From a virus (Duplodnaviria > Caudoviricetes), in IMG/VR virus record IMGVR_UViG_3300049982_000010, positions 1 to 45,400 of that record: DNA of 45,400 nucleotides; one strand, given 5' to 3'. Below, in pieces: positions 1-10,394 of this stretch. The notes beneath the pieces are model-generated. The model was not told the origin of the DNA and made no database searches. It saw nothing but the letters and a program-made list of their open reading frames with translations. Position 1 is the stretch's first letter; the number at the start of each line of letters is the position of its first letter. The position numbers and the translations under genes are program-made.

Positions 1-127
1 TGTCTAACGAGTATGCCTCATTTGATCCAGGAAAGCGGACAGGTATTGCTACCTGGACGTCTACAGGGGAGTGCACTCAAAAAACTGTATTACTTCCTGA
101 TGAGTTAGAACTTTTCCTTGAGGGAGT
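1..127. repeat. 127-bp terminal direct repeat, identical to 45274-45400; probable circular-assembly overlap
   Basis: Exact match of the first and last 127 nt; an ORF reads through the junction; 127 is a common assembler k-mer size. Confidence 0.95.
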
Positions 128-431
128 GAGGCATACTCGGACTTATAAAGTTTTTATTATTGAAGATTTTAAGTTATATCAACATAAAGCACAGGCTCAG
201 GTCGGATCTAAAATGGATGCGCCGCTTGCAATTGGCAAGATTGAAATGACGGCAAGAGCGTGTGGCATTCAAGTAGTCAAGCAGATGGCCAGTGTTTTAA
301 AAATCGCTTCAATGTGGTCTGGAGTTAAAAAGCGCGGAGCCCACTGGCCAGATCAAGACTCAGCTTACAATCATGGTTATTATTATCTGCACCGTAAAGG
401 TATAATTAAGGCTAGGGTATTAAATGACTGA
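1..431 (+). CDS. RuvC-like Holliday junction resolvase; true start is GTG at 45273, across the circular junction
   Basis: Joined frame reads MSNEYASFDPGKRTGIATW...FIIEDF...DQDSAYNH, an RNase H-fold DPGxxTG / E / D pattern; follows PolA. Confidence 0.75.
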   Translation, partial: SNEYASFDPGKRTGIATWTSTGECTQKTVLLPDELELFLEGVRHTRTYKVFIIEDFKLYQHKAQAQVGSKMDAPLAIGKIEMTARACGIQVVKQMASVLKIASMWSGVKKRGAHWPDQDSAYNHGYYYLHRKGIIKARVLND

Positions 432-828
432 GTATACTCAGGTAGATTCTATGCAAGATAAAGTTCTAGAATTTCATGTTAAGTTTGGATTAGATGCCCC
501 AGTAGGTTTGACAGCACTCTCTTCCAAAACGGCGAAATTACGAAAGAAGTTAATTGAAGAGGAATCTCAAGAAGCTTGTGATGCAATTGATGAGGGTACA
601 TTAACTGATATTGCTAAAGAACTAGCAGATATTATGTACGTAGCCCTAGGAACAGCTGTTTCTATGGGTATTGATTTGGAGCACGTATTTGATTTGGTTC
701 ATCGATCCAACATGTCAAAACTTAATAAAAATGGAAAACCTCTAGTTAGGGAAGACGGCAAGATTCTCAAGGGTCCAAATTATTATGAGCCCCAGCTTGT
801 GGAACATGATTTAATCGGATTACCATGA
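424..828 (+). CDS. MazG-like all-alpha NTP pyrophosphohydrolase
   Basis: Motifs LIEEESQE, KELADIMYV, VHRSNMSK, REDGKILKGPNY. Confidence 0.85.
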   Translation: MTEYTQVDSMQDKVLEFHVKFGLDAPVGLTALSSKTAKLRKKLIEEESQEACDAIDEGTLTDIAKELADIMYVALGTAVSMGIDLEHVFDLVHRSNMSKLNKNGKPLVREDGKILKGPNYYEPQLVEHDLIGLP

Positions 829-1058
829 CAGATAAATATGTTCCTCAAGCTGGCGATAAAGTCAAATGGCCTCATATGAATAACCCTCACTATGGAAGCG
901 TTAGGGGAGTAGTTGATTTTATCAAGAATGCTGAAGAGGAAATTGCAGTAGTATATATTCCGCCAACTAGATTTCAGCACGGAGAGGATCGTAGGCGTAG
1001 GACTCGACATGAGAAGCGGTTTGACCAGCTCACACTGCTAGAACGACCAGAGGTTTGA
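825..1058 (+). CDS. hypothetical protein
   Basis: ATGA overlap with the upstream gene; 77 aa. Confidence 0.6.
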   Translation: MTDKYVPQAGDKVKWPHMNNPHYGSVRGVVDFIKNAEEEIAVVYIPPTRFQHGEDRRRRTRHEKRFDQLTLLERPEV

Positions 1059-1083
1059 CAGTGATTTGCATCCCGTGTAGAGT
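1055..1083 (+). promoter_or_regulatory. SigA/HrdB-type promoter
   Basis: TTGACA-17 nt-TAGAGT upstream of the 1182 gene. Confidence 0.65.
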
Positions 1084-1181
1084 AGCCGCAGATACCGACA
1101 ATCAACTTAAACATTTAGAATGTCAAGGCAAGACATGGTGCGATTGTCACCATAAGCCCTTAATTAAGAAGGACAATAATA

Positions 1182-1640
1182 ATGGGCGCAGTGCACTCAG
1201 TGGAGACAAAAACTAGAAAAGCTGCACTTGCTATTGTTGAGCTCACAGGTAGAGACTTTGAAGAAGTCTTTAGTGAGCTCAAAGCTAAACTGCCTATTGA
1301 ATCTACTGATGATAAAATGGCAGAGGCAGAAGCTGTTACTCTTTATTTCGAAACCAAAGGACACAACTTCACTCATATTAACTGTCGTAACTGCGGTGAA
1401 TTATTTGCATACTGCTGGAATCGGCATGCTATTAAATATTGTAGTGTACAGTGTGCAGATAGTGCCCTTAAGAAGCTAGGTTTAAAGTGGGATCCCACAC
1501 GGGAACAATCTCTTCGATGGGGGAGTACAGCTCCGATTGTTGTTCCGGCTGCTGCCCTTCCTCATGTCCAGTCGCTACTAGAGTCAAAAAATGGTCATAC
1601 AGATCAAACTCTATATACACCTGAATCAAAAACTCTTTAA
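1182..1640 (+). CDS. hypothetical protein with a C4 zinc-finger-like motif
   Basis: AAGGA RBS; CRNC...YCSVQC. Confidence 0.7.
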   Translation: MGAVHSVETKTRKAALAIVELTGRDFEEVFSELKAKLPIESTDDKMAEAEAVTLYFETKGHNFTHINCRNCGELFAYCWNRHAIKYCSVQCADSALKKLGLKWDPTREQSLRWGSTAPIVVPAAALPHVQSLLESKNGHTDQTLYTPESKTL

Positions 1641-1872
1641 CCACGGGTCCAAGATTTTCTCTATCCTGAGAAGAGGTTCCGCCCCAAATTCCAACTAAAT
1701 CATGTACTAACGCATAAGTTCTGCACTGGGCCATAACTGGACACCCAGTGCAGAATTTTTTGCCTTCTATATTGTGGATTCGTGTAGGGCCGAAAAATAA
1801 TTCATCACTAAGTGTGTTGCCACACTTGGCTTCTTTTGACCACTTATTAATATGTGAAAGAATTTCGGCCAT
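1468..1872 (-). CDS. whiB: WhiB-family Fe-S transcription factor
   Basis: W..EAKC...LFF...CTGCPVMAQC..YAL...GIWGG: four Cys plus the G(I/V)WGG signature. Confidence 0.9.
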   Translation of the reverse strand: MAEILSHINKWSKEAKCGNTLSDELFFGPTRIHNIEGKKFCTGCPVMAQCRTYALVHDLVGIWGGTSSQDRENLGPVVKEFLIQVYIEFDLYDHFLTLVATGHEEGQQPEQQSELYSPIEEIVPVWDPTLNLAS

Positions 1873-1877
1873 ATTAC

Positions 1878-2804
1878 TTACACCGCCTTAAACGCCAACT
1901 CCTTCAATTTAGCGATAATGCTATCAGAAAGTGCAGCATTGTCAACATTTACTTCTAAGCCTGCTAAAGCAGAATCTACCGAAGCAACAACAGCGGGAAC
2001 TAATTCAGCTTGAATTAGTCCTCGTAATGCGTTAGCAACTCCTTCAGCTGTCACGTCATTAGCATCATCAGCAATAATTAAATTCTTAAGCCCATCAACC
2101 GCAGTTGCAGTACCCTTAACAGTAAGCTTTACATATTCTAATAACTGACTAAGATTACCGAATTCTTGAATTTTAGTGTCATAGAAGAGATATTTAAAGT
2201 CCGGATCCGCAAGAGGCATATCAACATTCTTTCTATTTAGTGGTTTCTTTCCACGATTCCTGTCAAGAGAGCCAGTACTAATACCAGGACAACTCCCAGA
2301 GCTAGTGTACTGCCAAGCGTCGTAAGGAGTGATAGGAGGAGCTGTGCGATAGCGAGCCACCCATCTAAAAGTCTGGGGGAGCGCAGACATTACTTGATTA
2401 TAGATACTCTGCCAAGTTGAATCATTTGCATAGAGAGTGAAGCCGTGACCTCTTGCTAATACCTGTCGACCAAAATTAATAGCAAAAGCAGCTTTTTGAT
2501 TATTTGGAATATTAGCTCTGCCTGAAGTTGGGGGATTATCCTCTAAATCCAAAGCAGGATTTAAATCAATTAATCCTAAAGCCTCACATCGATTGACTAA
2601 TAAATTAGCTTGGTCTACAGGGGAACCAGGCTGACTAAAGTGGTAACCACCTTGTGCTACTCCAGCAAATGGTCCAGGATTGATCTGCCTAGTACCTGAA
2701 CCATCAGAAACTTTCTGATAACACCAATCAATGTCGCTAGCTCTAACTTGCGACCAACTAGTGACAGTTTGATTAGCAATATATACGTCAATTCCCTCCG
2801 GCAT
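1878..2804 (-). CDS. endolysin, GH25 muramidase with helical C-terminal region
   Basis: GIDV, ALDLED (DxE), WVARY, WQYTSSG, DRN; next to holin-like genes. Confidence 0.9.
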   Translation of the reverse strand: MPEGIDVYIANQTVTSWSQVRASDIDWCYQKVSDGSGTRQINPGPFAGVAQGGYHFSQPGSPVDQANLLVNRCEALGLIDLNPALDLEDNPPTSGRANIPNNQKAAFAINFGRQVLARGHGFTLYANDSTWQSIYNQVMSALPQTFRWVARYRTAPPITPYDAWQYTSSGSCPGISTGSLDRNRGKKPLNRKNVDMPLADPDFKYLFYDTKIQEFGNLSQLLEYVKLTVKGTATAVDGLKNLIIADDANDVTAEGVANALRGLIQAELVPAVVASVDSALAGLEVNVDNAALSDSIIAKLKELAFKAV

Positions 2805-3009
2805 TATTATCGTCCTTAATCTTGGCCATAGGCTTAACTAATCCCCATGCTGCACCGGAAGCCACAAATTCAACAACATATTGAACCCATGAATCAGGGA
2901 TAGAATCTCCCTTAACAAATAATTGATATAGAACAATCAGAACGAATGCGTACGCAATAGGTTGTTTGGTCGGCTTAAGATTATCGAGAATCTTCATTTT
3001 GTCTCTCAC
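2788..3009 (-). CDS. putative holin (2 TM)
   Basis: Two hydrophobic segments, charged C-terminus, directly upstream of the endolysin. Confidence 0.65.
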   Translation of the reverse strand: MRDKMKILDNLKPTKQPIAYAFVLIVLYQLFVKGDSIPDSWVQYVVEFVASGAAWGLVKPMAKIKDDNNAGGN

Positions 3010-3307
3010 TTCTGATAATTCTTCTAAGTTTAGTCATGATAACAGCTCTCCACACAATAACGCCTGTAATGATCAAAAACAAGATGTTGATTCCAATAGA
3101 TCTAACATTCAGAGGAATGCTTGGGAATATACGTATTACAAGGGACCAGAGATATAAAGCACCAATTGCAGCTGACATGGATAGTAAGAGTTGTCCAATT
3201 TCACTCTTAAGCCAGCCTTTGTTACCTTTAGCGTAGAGAACAATAGTATACAACGTAGCCACTACGCCGATAATAAGTAGGCTCATAGAGATAAACGAGG
3301 GTAACAT
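2981..3307 (-). CDS. membrane protein (3 TM), holin-like
   Basis: Three hydrophobic helices and a basic tail; in the lysis cassette. Confidence 0.7.
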   Translation of the reverse strand: MLPSFISMSLLIIGVVATLYTIVLYAKGNKGWLKSEIGQLLLSMSAAIGALYLWSLVIRIFPSIPLNVRSIGINILFLIITGVIVWRAVIMTKLRRIIRSERQNEDSR

Positions 3308-3502
3308 CTATCTTTTCCAGTTCTGAACCATTTGAGCGTACAGTCTAGGCCCGAAATGATTTTGTTTCAAATGATTCTGTAACTCTGCACGAAGTCTTTC
3401 TACATGATTAGACTTTTCCTTGACCGCTTCCGTCGATTGTCTAGCCTCTTCTACTTCAATTTGTAGTTCTCGTATACCTTTCCTCTTTCGGAATAAACTC
3501 AT
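3308..3502 (-). CDS. small lysis-cassette protein
   Basis: Tightly packed in the operon; coiled-coil-like. Confidence 0.65.
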   Translation of the reverse strand: MSLFRKRKGIRELQIEVEEARQSTEAVKEKSNHVERLRAELQNHLKQNHFGPRLYAQMVQNWKR

Positions 3503-3747
3503 GATTGAATCTCCGTATGCTTTTTATCAGGAGCGGGAAGTTGAGAGAAGAATCTATTAATCAAAGTTCCTGTTATCTCTAACTTATCAACTTGTCTCTC
3601 AAGTCTTGCGATGCTATCTTTTTGAAGTCTATCCCGCTCCTCGTATAGATCTATCTTCTTAAGTAGCCTATTAATAACAAGCCCAAGACTGGCTACGACA
3701 ACCGGAACAACAATGGCAACTAATGCAATAACGTCACCACTAGTCAT
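3499..3747 (-). CDS. single-TM coiled-coil protein (lysis cassette)
   Basis: N-terminal TM segment; ATGA overlap. Confidence 0.7.
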   Translation of the reverse strand: MTSGDVIALVAIVVPVVVASLGLVINRLLKKIDLYEERDRLQKDSIARLERQVDKLEITGTLINRFFSQLPAPDKKHTEIQS

Positions 3748-3748
3748 T

Positions 3749-4561
3749 TCAGTAACCCCCAGGCTTGTTCATAGCGTATAATACACCACCTAAGAATCCA
3801 CCGTGAGCCTTACCATAACGATTACCGGCGTACATAAGACCTGCGTAGATATTAGCGTAAGGATCGAAAATACCTCTGCTAGCATATTTACCGGCATTAC
3901 CGGCGAAAGTGCTAGGAATAGTTTGCATAAGACCTTGAGAAGGGTGTCCAGCTTTAGCGTTAGAATCCCAGTTATTAACAATATTAGGATTACCGCCAGA
4001 TTCTTGATTCATACGTCGAAGAATATCGCCAACATATTGATCTGGAATCCCTAGTTCTCTCATAACTTGAAGAGTAGTATTACGCCATTGTTCTACACCC
4101 TTACCTACTGCTCCCTTATACGGAGCACCAGAACTACCACCGCCGCCACCATATTGACCAGAGATATTAGCTGCCTGTTGTGCTCGTGCATATGCAGCTT
4201 TAGCCTCAGCAGCAGCCGTCATACTTTGACCACGCTGGCTAATAGATCCCAACATGTCATAGAATGATTTAAAATTATCAGGCTGAGTTAAGGTAGTATC
4301 AGCATTTCTTACCCTACTACCTGGAGTCAATTCTGGGGGAGCGGGCCTACTAGCCATCTTCTGTAGACCTGCAATAATATAATCTTTAGTACTAGGTTGA
4401 TCCTGTCCTTGGTTATTAGGATCTAGTGTAGACTGTTGTTGATTAGGGTCTTGAGAATTTTGTGACCCACCAAACTGAGGTTGAAGCATAGAAGTCTTTT
4501 TAGGCTGAGCAATAATATTAGATAATACAGTTGGCGTTAAAGCATCTCTAATAAGAGTCAT
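3749..4561 (-). CDS. virion-associated lytic transglycosylase (SLT domain), probable ejection protein
   Basis: QESGGNPN..NNWDSNA..GHPSQGLMQ and DPYANIYAG. Confidence 0.85.
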   Translation of the reverse strand: MTLIRDALTPTVLSNIIAQPKKTSMLQPQFGGSQNSQDPNQQQSTLDPNNQGQDQPSTKDYIIAGLQKMASRPAPPELTPGSRVRNADTTLTQPDNFKSFYDMLGSISQRGQSMTAAAEAKAAYARAQQAANISGQYGGGGGSSGAPYKGAVGKGVEQWRNTTLQVMRELGIPDQYVGDILRRMNQESGGNPNIVNNWDSNAKAGHPSQGLMQTIPSTFAGNAGKYASRGIFDPYANIYAGLMYAGNRYGKAHGGFLGGVLYAMNKPGGY

Positions 4562-4562
4562 T

Positions 4563-7500
4563 TCATCCTCCAGCCAACTGCTGCCTAAGCTGTGCTAAAA
4601 AGTCTTCTTTACTAGCTTTCTGCTGAGTCTTTAAAGGAGCAGTAACTTCGAACCTAGCTTGTTTTTTATAAGCTCCCGTTCCCTTAATACCTAAACCAGT
4701 CAGCCAGTTTACTAAAGCTTCCTTCTGTGCCCCACCGTCAGATTTAATAGACTTATTAGTTTGTCCAGCTAATCCGAATCCTGTAACTCCTTGAAGGGCG
4801 CTAAAGGCGGGAACTTGTCCACCGATATACTCACCTAAGGCTCCAGGTTTAGCATCTGGTCCAGTAATAGGCTCACCGCTAAAGATTTTCTTTCCAGTGA
4901 TTAATTCGATAGGAATTTGTAGTGCAGGAGTTAAAGAGCTTCCAATAGTTTTACTAGGATCCTGAAACTGTGCAAGTAGGGAAGCCAGGGGGTTAAGTCC
5001 CACACCACCTTGAACATAACCCCCTGGCTGTTGGTTGCTCAATTTACCTAAGAAACTGTCGGGGGTTCCTATAGGCCCAATACCTTCATTGCGCAACCAA
5101 GACGGAAACATTTGGTCTACAGGGAAGGGATTCCCTCTATCAGTACCTTCAATTCCTCCGACCTCTTGTAAGGTTTGACCAATCTTCGCAGGAAGAACAG
5201 TAATTCCAGGCTTCATTACAATACCTTCTAAAAGAACTGGCGTAGATTTTCTGATCCAGCTATAGAAGGGAATGATTCGCCTAAGAACAGTTCTCTCAAA
5301 CTCAGTAAGGTCAATACCAGATGGGTGATACTTTCTGGACCGGCGTGCAGCTTCTTCAAAAATAGTTTGTAGATCAGATCCGCGGGACTTCATCACTTTA
5401 TCAATAAAGTGAGCGAGCCGTGCATTGTGCGATTGCATCTCGGCAACTGTGCCAGCAAACTTCTGAACTTTGCCAGCAAAAGGTCTAGTTAAACTAACTC
5501 CGCCTTGAGCCCCAGTGTCGATAATATCTTCAATAGTTTTGTAGTGCTCTAATAAACCCTTTTGATGGGCAACAGCTGCAATCTGCTCAGCAGTAAATCC
5601 TACTCCGGACTTGTTTCTAAATAAAACCTTGCCAGCAGCAGGAGTTTCAACACCTCGTTTAACGAGTCCCATCTCTACTAATTTGTCAACATCTGACATG
5701 CTTTCATAGGCACCCATCGAACGTTGAACTTGGAGAGCATACTTGTATGGTTTGACAGAAACAACTCCGTCAAGCATACCCATATAAGTATCGCCAATTA
5801 AGTTTCTAACATGGAATCCTGGCCTGTAGATTGTAGCAGAAGATTTCCACATAGAAAGAACTCGATCATACAGTTTAAGCATCTCATTGTTATTAGCAGT
5901 TCCAGGAGTCCAGTCTTTAATGACACGGGGGAGTTGCTTAGCAATATCTGAAGGAAAGTGATAGGGCTCTAAATACGGGTGACCAGTAATCTTAGTCCTA
6001 TACTCTTTACCTGCAATTTGACTGCCGAAGCGCTCTCCAATTTCATCAAATAAAGACTTCTCTCGGGTAGCTTGTTCCAGAGCTTCCATAGTTTTAAAAA
6101 TCCATACGGCAGGATCCTCTTTAACATCCGCCATACGCCACGAATTAACCCAATCAGAACCTTTAGAAAAATCTTGAATGGCTCCAGTAATAGGACTTTT
6201 CATCTGTCCTTTAGTAAACTCAAAGCCAGTGCCGTAACGTCGCATCCATTCGTTAAGTCTATCTAAATTAACTCCTGATCTAAGAAGAACAGACTTTCCC
6301 GCAGCCTGTCCTACTAAATCATCCATAGTACGCATAATGTCTAGACCTAATAGCCTAGTTGCGTCAGTGTTAGGCTGAGTTAATCCTTGAGCAAATCTAA
6401 AAGCTTCTAAACGTTGTGGCTTATCAAACGGTCTAAATAAATTGGCCAAAACAGCGCCCCTAGCTTGAGCAGTCGCTCTCATTGAAGAGACCGCAATCAA
6501 GGACAGAGGACGTAGATCAGACTGCCCCCACCAAGTGGCCACTCGACCCATGAGGAATTCTAAAGCCTTATTATCATTAACAGCAAAAGCAGGAAGCTTA
6601 CCAAAGTCTTTTTCTAAAGCTAAAGTAGTAACATGAGTAACTCTACCGTTAGCCTTACCTGTAGCAATAACATCATCTAATTCTTTGGACATATGTTGAA
6701 CAGCAATCTGAGCTTTAGATTTTCCCGCATCTAAAGTCATATTAACTAATTTACGTTGAGCCATAATTCCAGCAGCAGAAGTACCTTGCACCTTAGCAGT
6801 TTTCTCTGCAAAGTCCTTCAAGAAACTATCAAATTTATGCTCAGCATAATCTGACATAGGAATTGTAGATTTAGTAATAGCCTTAGAATCCCCAACAATA
6901 TCTGTTACATCTTTAATTTTAACGCTATCTTTAATAGATCCTCTAGCTCGTGCCCGTTCGATAGCTCCAGCTAATTCAGAGCCTGGCTGAATTTTTGTAG
7001 AAAACTCGTGAAGTAATTCATCAGTAATAGGTACACCACGAAGGTTAAGATCCCCAATTACTTCACTTAACTTAACATTCTCACCAGTACCAATTCTAAA
7101 AACTTTACCTGCATTTTCAAGTTGATTTTCCATTACAGATAAAGTGCCTAAATCCTTGCCAGCTTTATTAAATAAATTAACTTGCTGTGCAGGATTAATA
7201 GTAGCATCAGCTTTTCCAGGTTTAAAATCTTTAAGAATGCTCTCAGCTTGGCTAATATGTATAGGAGTTAAAACAGGTGGGGGAGGGGGTACCAGTTTGA
7301 GAGCTTCAGTAATATCCCCTTGCTTAAGTCCATCGATAATGTCTTCGGCTTTTTTAACCTGCATTAATTTTCCAGCTTCCCGCATCTTTTTTACGGGCAT
7401 TCCTGGAATGGATAGTTGACCCTTAAGTTCCTTAATAGGGTCTACAGGGACCTCTTTAGTAACCTTAAGGGGAGCTTGAATTTTATTTGGAATTAAACTC

Positions 7501-8204
7501 TTAGTTTTACCTATTTCTCCTGCTAATTGCGCTTGAATATCTGGAACTCTGAAATCTAATGCCATTTGAGGTTGGTTAGCTTTAATTACATCTGGAGCTT
7601 TAAGCGGTTCCGGAAGTTGAGGAATTTCAGTTTGAGGCTTAAGAGCTTCTGGAATCTCTCCAGAAGTTTTAGGCATGTTGAAATTCTCCGGAATAGCAGG
7701 CTCTCCGGCACGAAGTGCTTTCTCAGCAGCAGGAAGCTCTTTACTAACTTCCTCAACACCCTTAGCACCTTTAATAAGATCTAGACCCTTACTTACTAAA
7801 CCAGCTCCATTGAAGTAAGTAGTGGGATCTAGCCCAATGTCTAATGCTAAGCCAAGTGCATGTCTATCATTATTGCTAGGCATACCAGCTTGTTCAAGAA
7901 CTTTATCAAACGTAGTCTTTTGGGTTCCGGCTAATCCACTAATAATAGATTTAATAGGATTAACATCATTATGGGCAAGAGTGTCTTTAGCAAGATTAGC
8001 TACTGCATAATTCGGACGACTCAGAATATCAAATAGTCGAGAAAGAACACTAGGAGAATTTTTATTAGAACTTAAGCCAGTAGATGGTTTCTGAGTAGCG
8101 TTCAACAAAATAAATTTGGCAACATCGGGCATACTTGGACCTGTAGGAGATCCAGGCATGTCTCTACTGTCAAAATATTTCTGAAGAGCGCTATAGTCAG
8201 CCAT
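4563..8204 (-). CDS. large internal virion / DNA ejection protein
   Basis: 1213 aa in a podovirus-like position; LSRP N-terminus, RNLIGD and IIPFYSW motifs resemble large ejection proteins (inference). Confidence 0.65.
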   Translation of the reverse strand: MADYSALQKYFDSRDMPGSPTGPSMPDVAKFILLNATQKPSTGLSSNKNSPSVLSRLFDILSRPNYAVANLAKDTLAHNDVNPIKSIISGLAGTQKTTFDKVLEQAGMPSNNDRHALGLALDIGLDPTTYFNGAGLVSKGLDLIKGAKGVEEVSKELPAAEKALRAGEPAIPENFNMPKTSGEIPEALKPQTEIPQLPEPLKAPDVIKANQPQMALDFRVPDIQAQLAGEIGKTKSLIPNKIQAPLKVTKEVPVDPIKELKGQLSIPGMPVKKMREAGKLMQVKKAEDIIDGLKQGDITEALKLVPPPPPVLTPIHISQAESILKDFKPGKADATINPAQQVNLFNKAGKDLGTLSVMENQLENAGKVFRIGTGENVKLSEVIGDLNLRGVPITDELLHEFSTKIQPGSELAGAIERARARGSIKDSVKIKDVTDIVGDSKAITKSTIPMSDYAEHKFDSFLKDFAEKTAKVQGTSAAGIMAQRKLVNMTLDAGKSKAQIAVQHMSKELDDVIATGKANGRVTHVTTLALEKDFGKLPAFAVNDNKALEFLMGRVATWWGQSDLRPLSLIAVSSMRATAQARGAVLANLFRPFDKPQRLEAFRFAQGLTQPNTDATRLLGLDIMRTMDDLVGQAAGKSVLLRSGVNLDRLNEWMRRYGTGFEFTKGQMKSPITGAIQDFSKGSDWVNSWRMADVKEDPAVWIFKTMEALEQATREKSLFDEIGERFGSQIAGKEYRTKITGHPYLEPYHFPSDIAKQLPRVIKDWTPGTANNNEMLKLYDRVLSMWKSSATIYRPGFHVRNLIGDTYMGMLDGVVSVKPYKYALQVQRSMGAYESMSDVDKLVEMGLVKRGVETPAAGKVLFRNKSGVGFTAEQIAAVAHQKGLLEHYKTIEDIIDTGAQGGVSLTRPFAGKVQKFAGTVAEMQSHNARLAHFIDKVMKSRGSDLQTIFEEAARRSRKYHPSGIDLTEFERTVLRRIIPFYSWIRKSTPVLLEGIVMKPGITVLPAKIGQTLQEVGGIEGTDRGNPFPVDQMFPSWLRNEGIGPIGTPDSFLGKLSNQQPGGYVQGGVGLNPLASLLAQFQDPSKTIGSSLTPALQIPIELITGKKIFSGEPITGPDAKPGALGEYIGGQVPAFSALQGVTGFGLAGQTNKSIKSDGGAQKEALVNWLTGLGIKGTGAYKKQARFEVTAPLKTQQKASKEDFLAQLRQQLAGG

Positions 8205-8209
8205 CTATA

Positions 8210-9538
8210 TTAACCCCTACCGAAGTACTGAAGTGCCATATCTTGCAAGGCATTTAATTCAGCTTGGGAAAGTCCAGCTGCTCGTCCAGCTTCCAACATT
8301 CTTTGTGCTTTAGCTTCAGCAGGTAAGGCTTGTCCTGTGTCTGCGTTAACTCCTGCAAGAATTGAAGGATCAGTCATAAGAGTTTGACTGAATACATTCT
8401 GAATATTCTGAGCTGAAGTTTCAGGAAGACCCATTTGAAGAGCATAAGGAGCCACATCTCCAAGAGACTTAACTCCTGTAGATTGTTTCCCCTGTAGAGC
8501 CATCATGTGGCTAAACTCGTCGTTACTTAAATTACGGCCAAGATTGGTTGCTGCGATATAGTTTTGGAATTGTTTCTGCGCCATATCTGCCGCGCTAGAT
8601 TTATTCTGATTTTGAAGCTGCATGTACAGAGAATTGGATGCTTGAGACTTAGCAGCCTCATTCGCACCAATTTGGGAATCATACTGATTGAGTAAATCCT
8701 GTAGCTGAGAGAGAATATCAGCCGAGCGCTGTACACCCTCATTACGATCAGCTTGAGAGCCCATATTAGTATAATCAACAGCACCCTGTCGCTCTGTAGT
8801 CAAAGCAGACTGCTGGGTTTGAGCATCTGTAGAAGCTCTATTAGTATAAAAATTTCTATCCGCTTGCTGTTGGGGGATTACGTCACTAGCAGCTGCCTGA
8901 ATATTAAGACGGTTATACATGTCTTCTTGCTGCTTTTGAGAATTATCATATTGAGCATTAATATCTTGCTTAAGCTGATTATATTGATTAGCAGACTTGT
9001 CCATCGTGCCCTGGTACTGATTTTGAATCTGAGGTAATTCTTGAGCAGTACGATCAGACAAATCAGAAAACATTTGCTTAACAGTAGCACTATTTTGATT
9101 ACCGCGTTTACTAGCTGCTGTAGCTTGATTTCTTAATGCAGCAATAACGGGATCATACTGTGCACCTGCTTGAGCAGCAGCTTGCGCACGAAGAGATGCA
9201 TCGTCAGCTAGGTATTTAGACGGATCCTGTAGTGCCATTAGTTGCTGAAGAATTTGATCTGTAGTAGACATCCCTCCTGAGCTATAATCATCCCCCATAA
9301 TTCCACCAATATGACCGGAGGAGGGGGGTTGAAAAGTAGGATCAGGAAGTGCATTACCATTTAGGCGATCTTGAGTTACACCTTGCAAATCATTAAATAA
9401 ATTATATCCAATACCGATAGGGCCCAGCCCAATACCCGCAATGTGTCTAGTTAAATCATTAAATCCACTACCAGCACCAAATCGAGGTTGAGAGAAAAAA
9501 CTAGCTAATGGATTATTATACGGATCATCCCAAGCCAT
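8210..9538 (-). CDS. putative ejection protein (Gln/Ala-rich coiled coil)
   Basis: Composition and synteny. Confidence 0.55.
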   Translation of the reverse strand: MAWDDPYNNPLASFFSQPRFGAGSGFNDLTRHIAGIGLGPIGIGYNLFNDLQGVTQDRLNGNALPDPTFQPPSSGHIGGIMGDDYSSGGMSTTDQILQQLMALQDPSKYLADDASLRAQAAAQAGAQYDPVIAALRNQATAASKRGNQNSATVKQMFSDLSDRTAQELPQIQNQYQGTMDKSANQYNQLKQDINAQYDNSQKQQEDMYNRLNIQAAASDVIPQQQADRNFYTNRASTDAQTQQSALTTERQGAVDYTNMGSQADRNEGVQRSADILSQLQDLLNQYDSQIGANEAAKSQASNSLYMQLQNQNKSSAADMAQKQFQNYIAATNLGRNLSNDEFSHMMALQGKQSTGVKSLGDVAPYALQMGLPETSAQNIQNVFSQTLMTDPSILAGVNADTGQALPAEAKAQRMLEAGRAAGLSQAELNALQDMALQYFGRG

Positions 9539-9540
9539 AA

Positions 9541-10170
9541 TTACACCCCGTACTGTGCGGCGCGACGTCTAATAGCTTCTTCACGGGCTGCTTGCTGCTG
9601 TAAGTCATTCTGGGACTTAAATCTATTAGTCTCTTGGTTTAGTGCGTCAGAAGCTTGAGTTTGCTTATTAGTAAGATCAGTCATACGAGTACCGAACTCA
9701 GTATTGTAGTCACCGACTGCCTTACCGTATAAACCCGAACGCAAAACTCCACGAGCACCATAATCATCCTGTAAAGAAAGGAGATCTTTAACCTTTTGAT
9801 CATTCATAGCTTTTTGCGAAGTTGCATAGTCAGAATCGAGAATACCCTTACGACGCGTCACATCAGCATTAAATTGTGCTAATGCATTTGTGAAATCTCT
9901 AAGCTGTTGTTGATAGCCAGAATCTTGATTCAAGAAAGTATTAAGGTCTGGAACGACTGGTTGAATCGGCCCCTGTCCACCTGAGGGCACATTAGACGGA
10001 GCACTATATCTACCGCCACTGCTAGCTTTCTTAGAAGCAGATCTAATAGTAGTAGTGGTATAAGGATTAACAGCATTAGTAAAGCTGCTTCCACCCCCCA
10101 TCGGAGCAGAACCAATGTTGTTATTGCCACTACTTCTAACAGGGGCCGCAAACCCATCAATTTGAGGCAT
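9541..10170 (-). CDS. putative ejection/pilot protein
   Basis: DSGYQQQL and ARGVLRSG motifs typical of podovirus pilot proteins; synteny. Confidence 0.6.
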   Translation of the reverse strand: MPQIDGFAAPVRSSGNNNIGSAPMGGGSSFTNAVNPYTTTTIRSASKKASSGGRYSAPSNVPSGGQGPIQPVVPDLNTFLNQDSGYQQQLRDFTNALAQFNADVTRRKGILDSDYATSQKAMNDQKVKDLLSLQDDYGARGVLRSGLYGKAVGDYNTEFGTRMTDLTNKQTQASDALNQETNRFKSQNDLQQQAAREEAIRRRAAQYGV

Positions 10171-10172
10171 AG

Positions 10173-10394
10173 TTAAACCGTCCTAAGAGCGTCCGGACTG
10201 GCAAATTTTCCAGATTGTACCGCTTTTAATTTACGTAAAACTGCATCTCTTCTAGCACTAGCCTGTAAATCTCGTTCTTTATATCCCATGGGGTCTACAG
10301 GGCCCATAGTAGGAAATGGCCTACCGCCACCATAGATTCTATTACCTACAGCGTAGGGAACAATATTAGCTTGCTCTCGCGAGAAATAAGCCAT
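10173..10394 (-). CDS. small virion-region protein
   Basis: Start overlaps the upstream stop; 73 aa. Confidence 0.6.
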   Translation of the reverse strand: MAYFSREQANIVPYAVGNRIYGGGRPFPTMGPVDPMGYKERDLQASARRDAVLRKLKAVQSGKFASPDALRTV

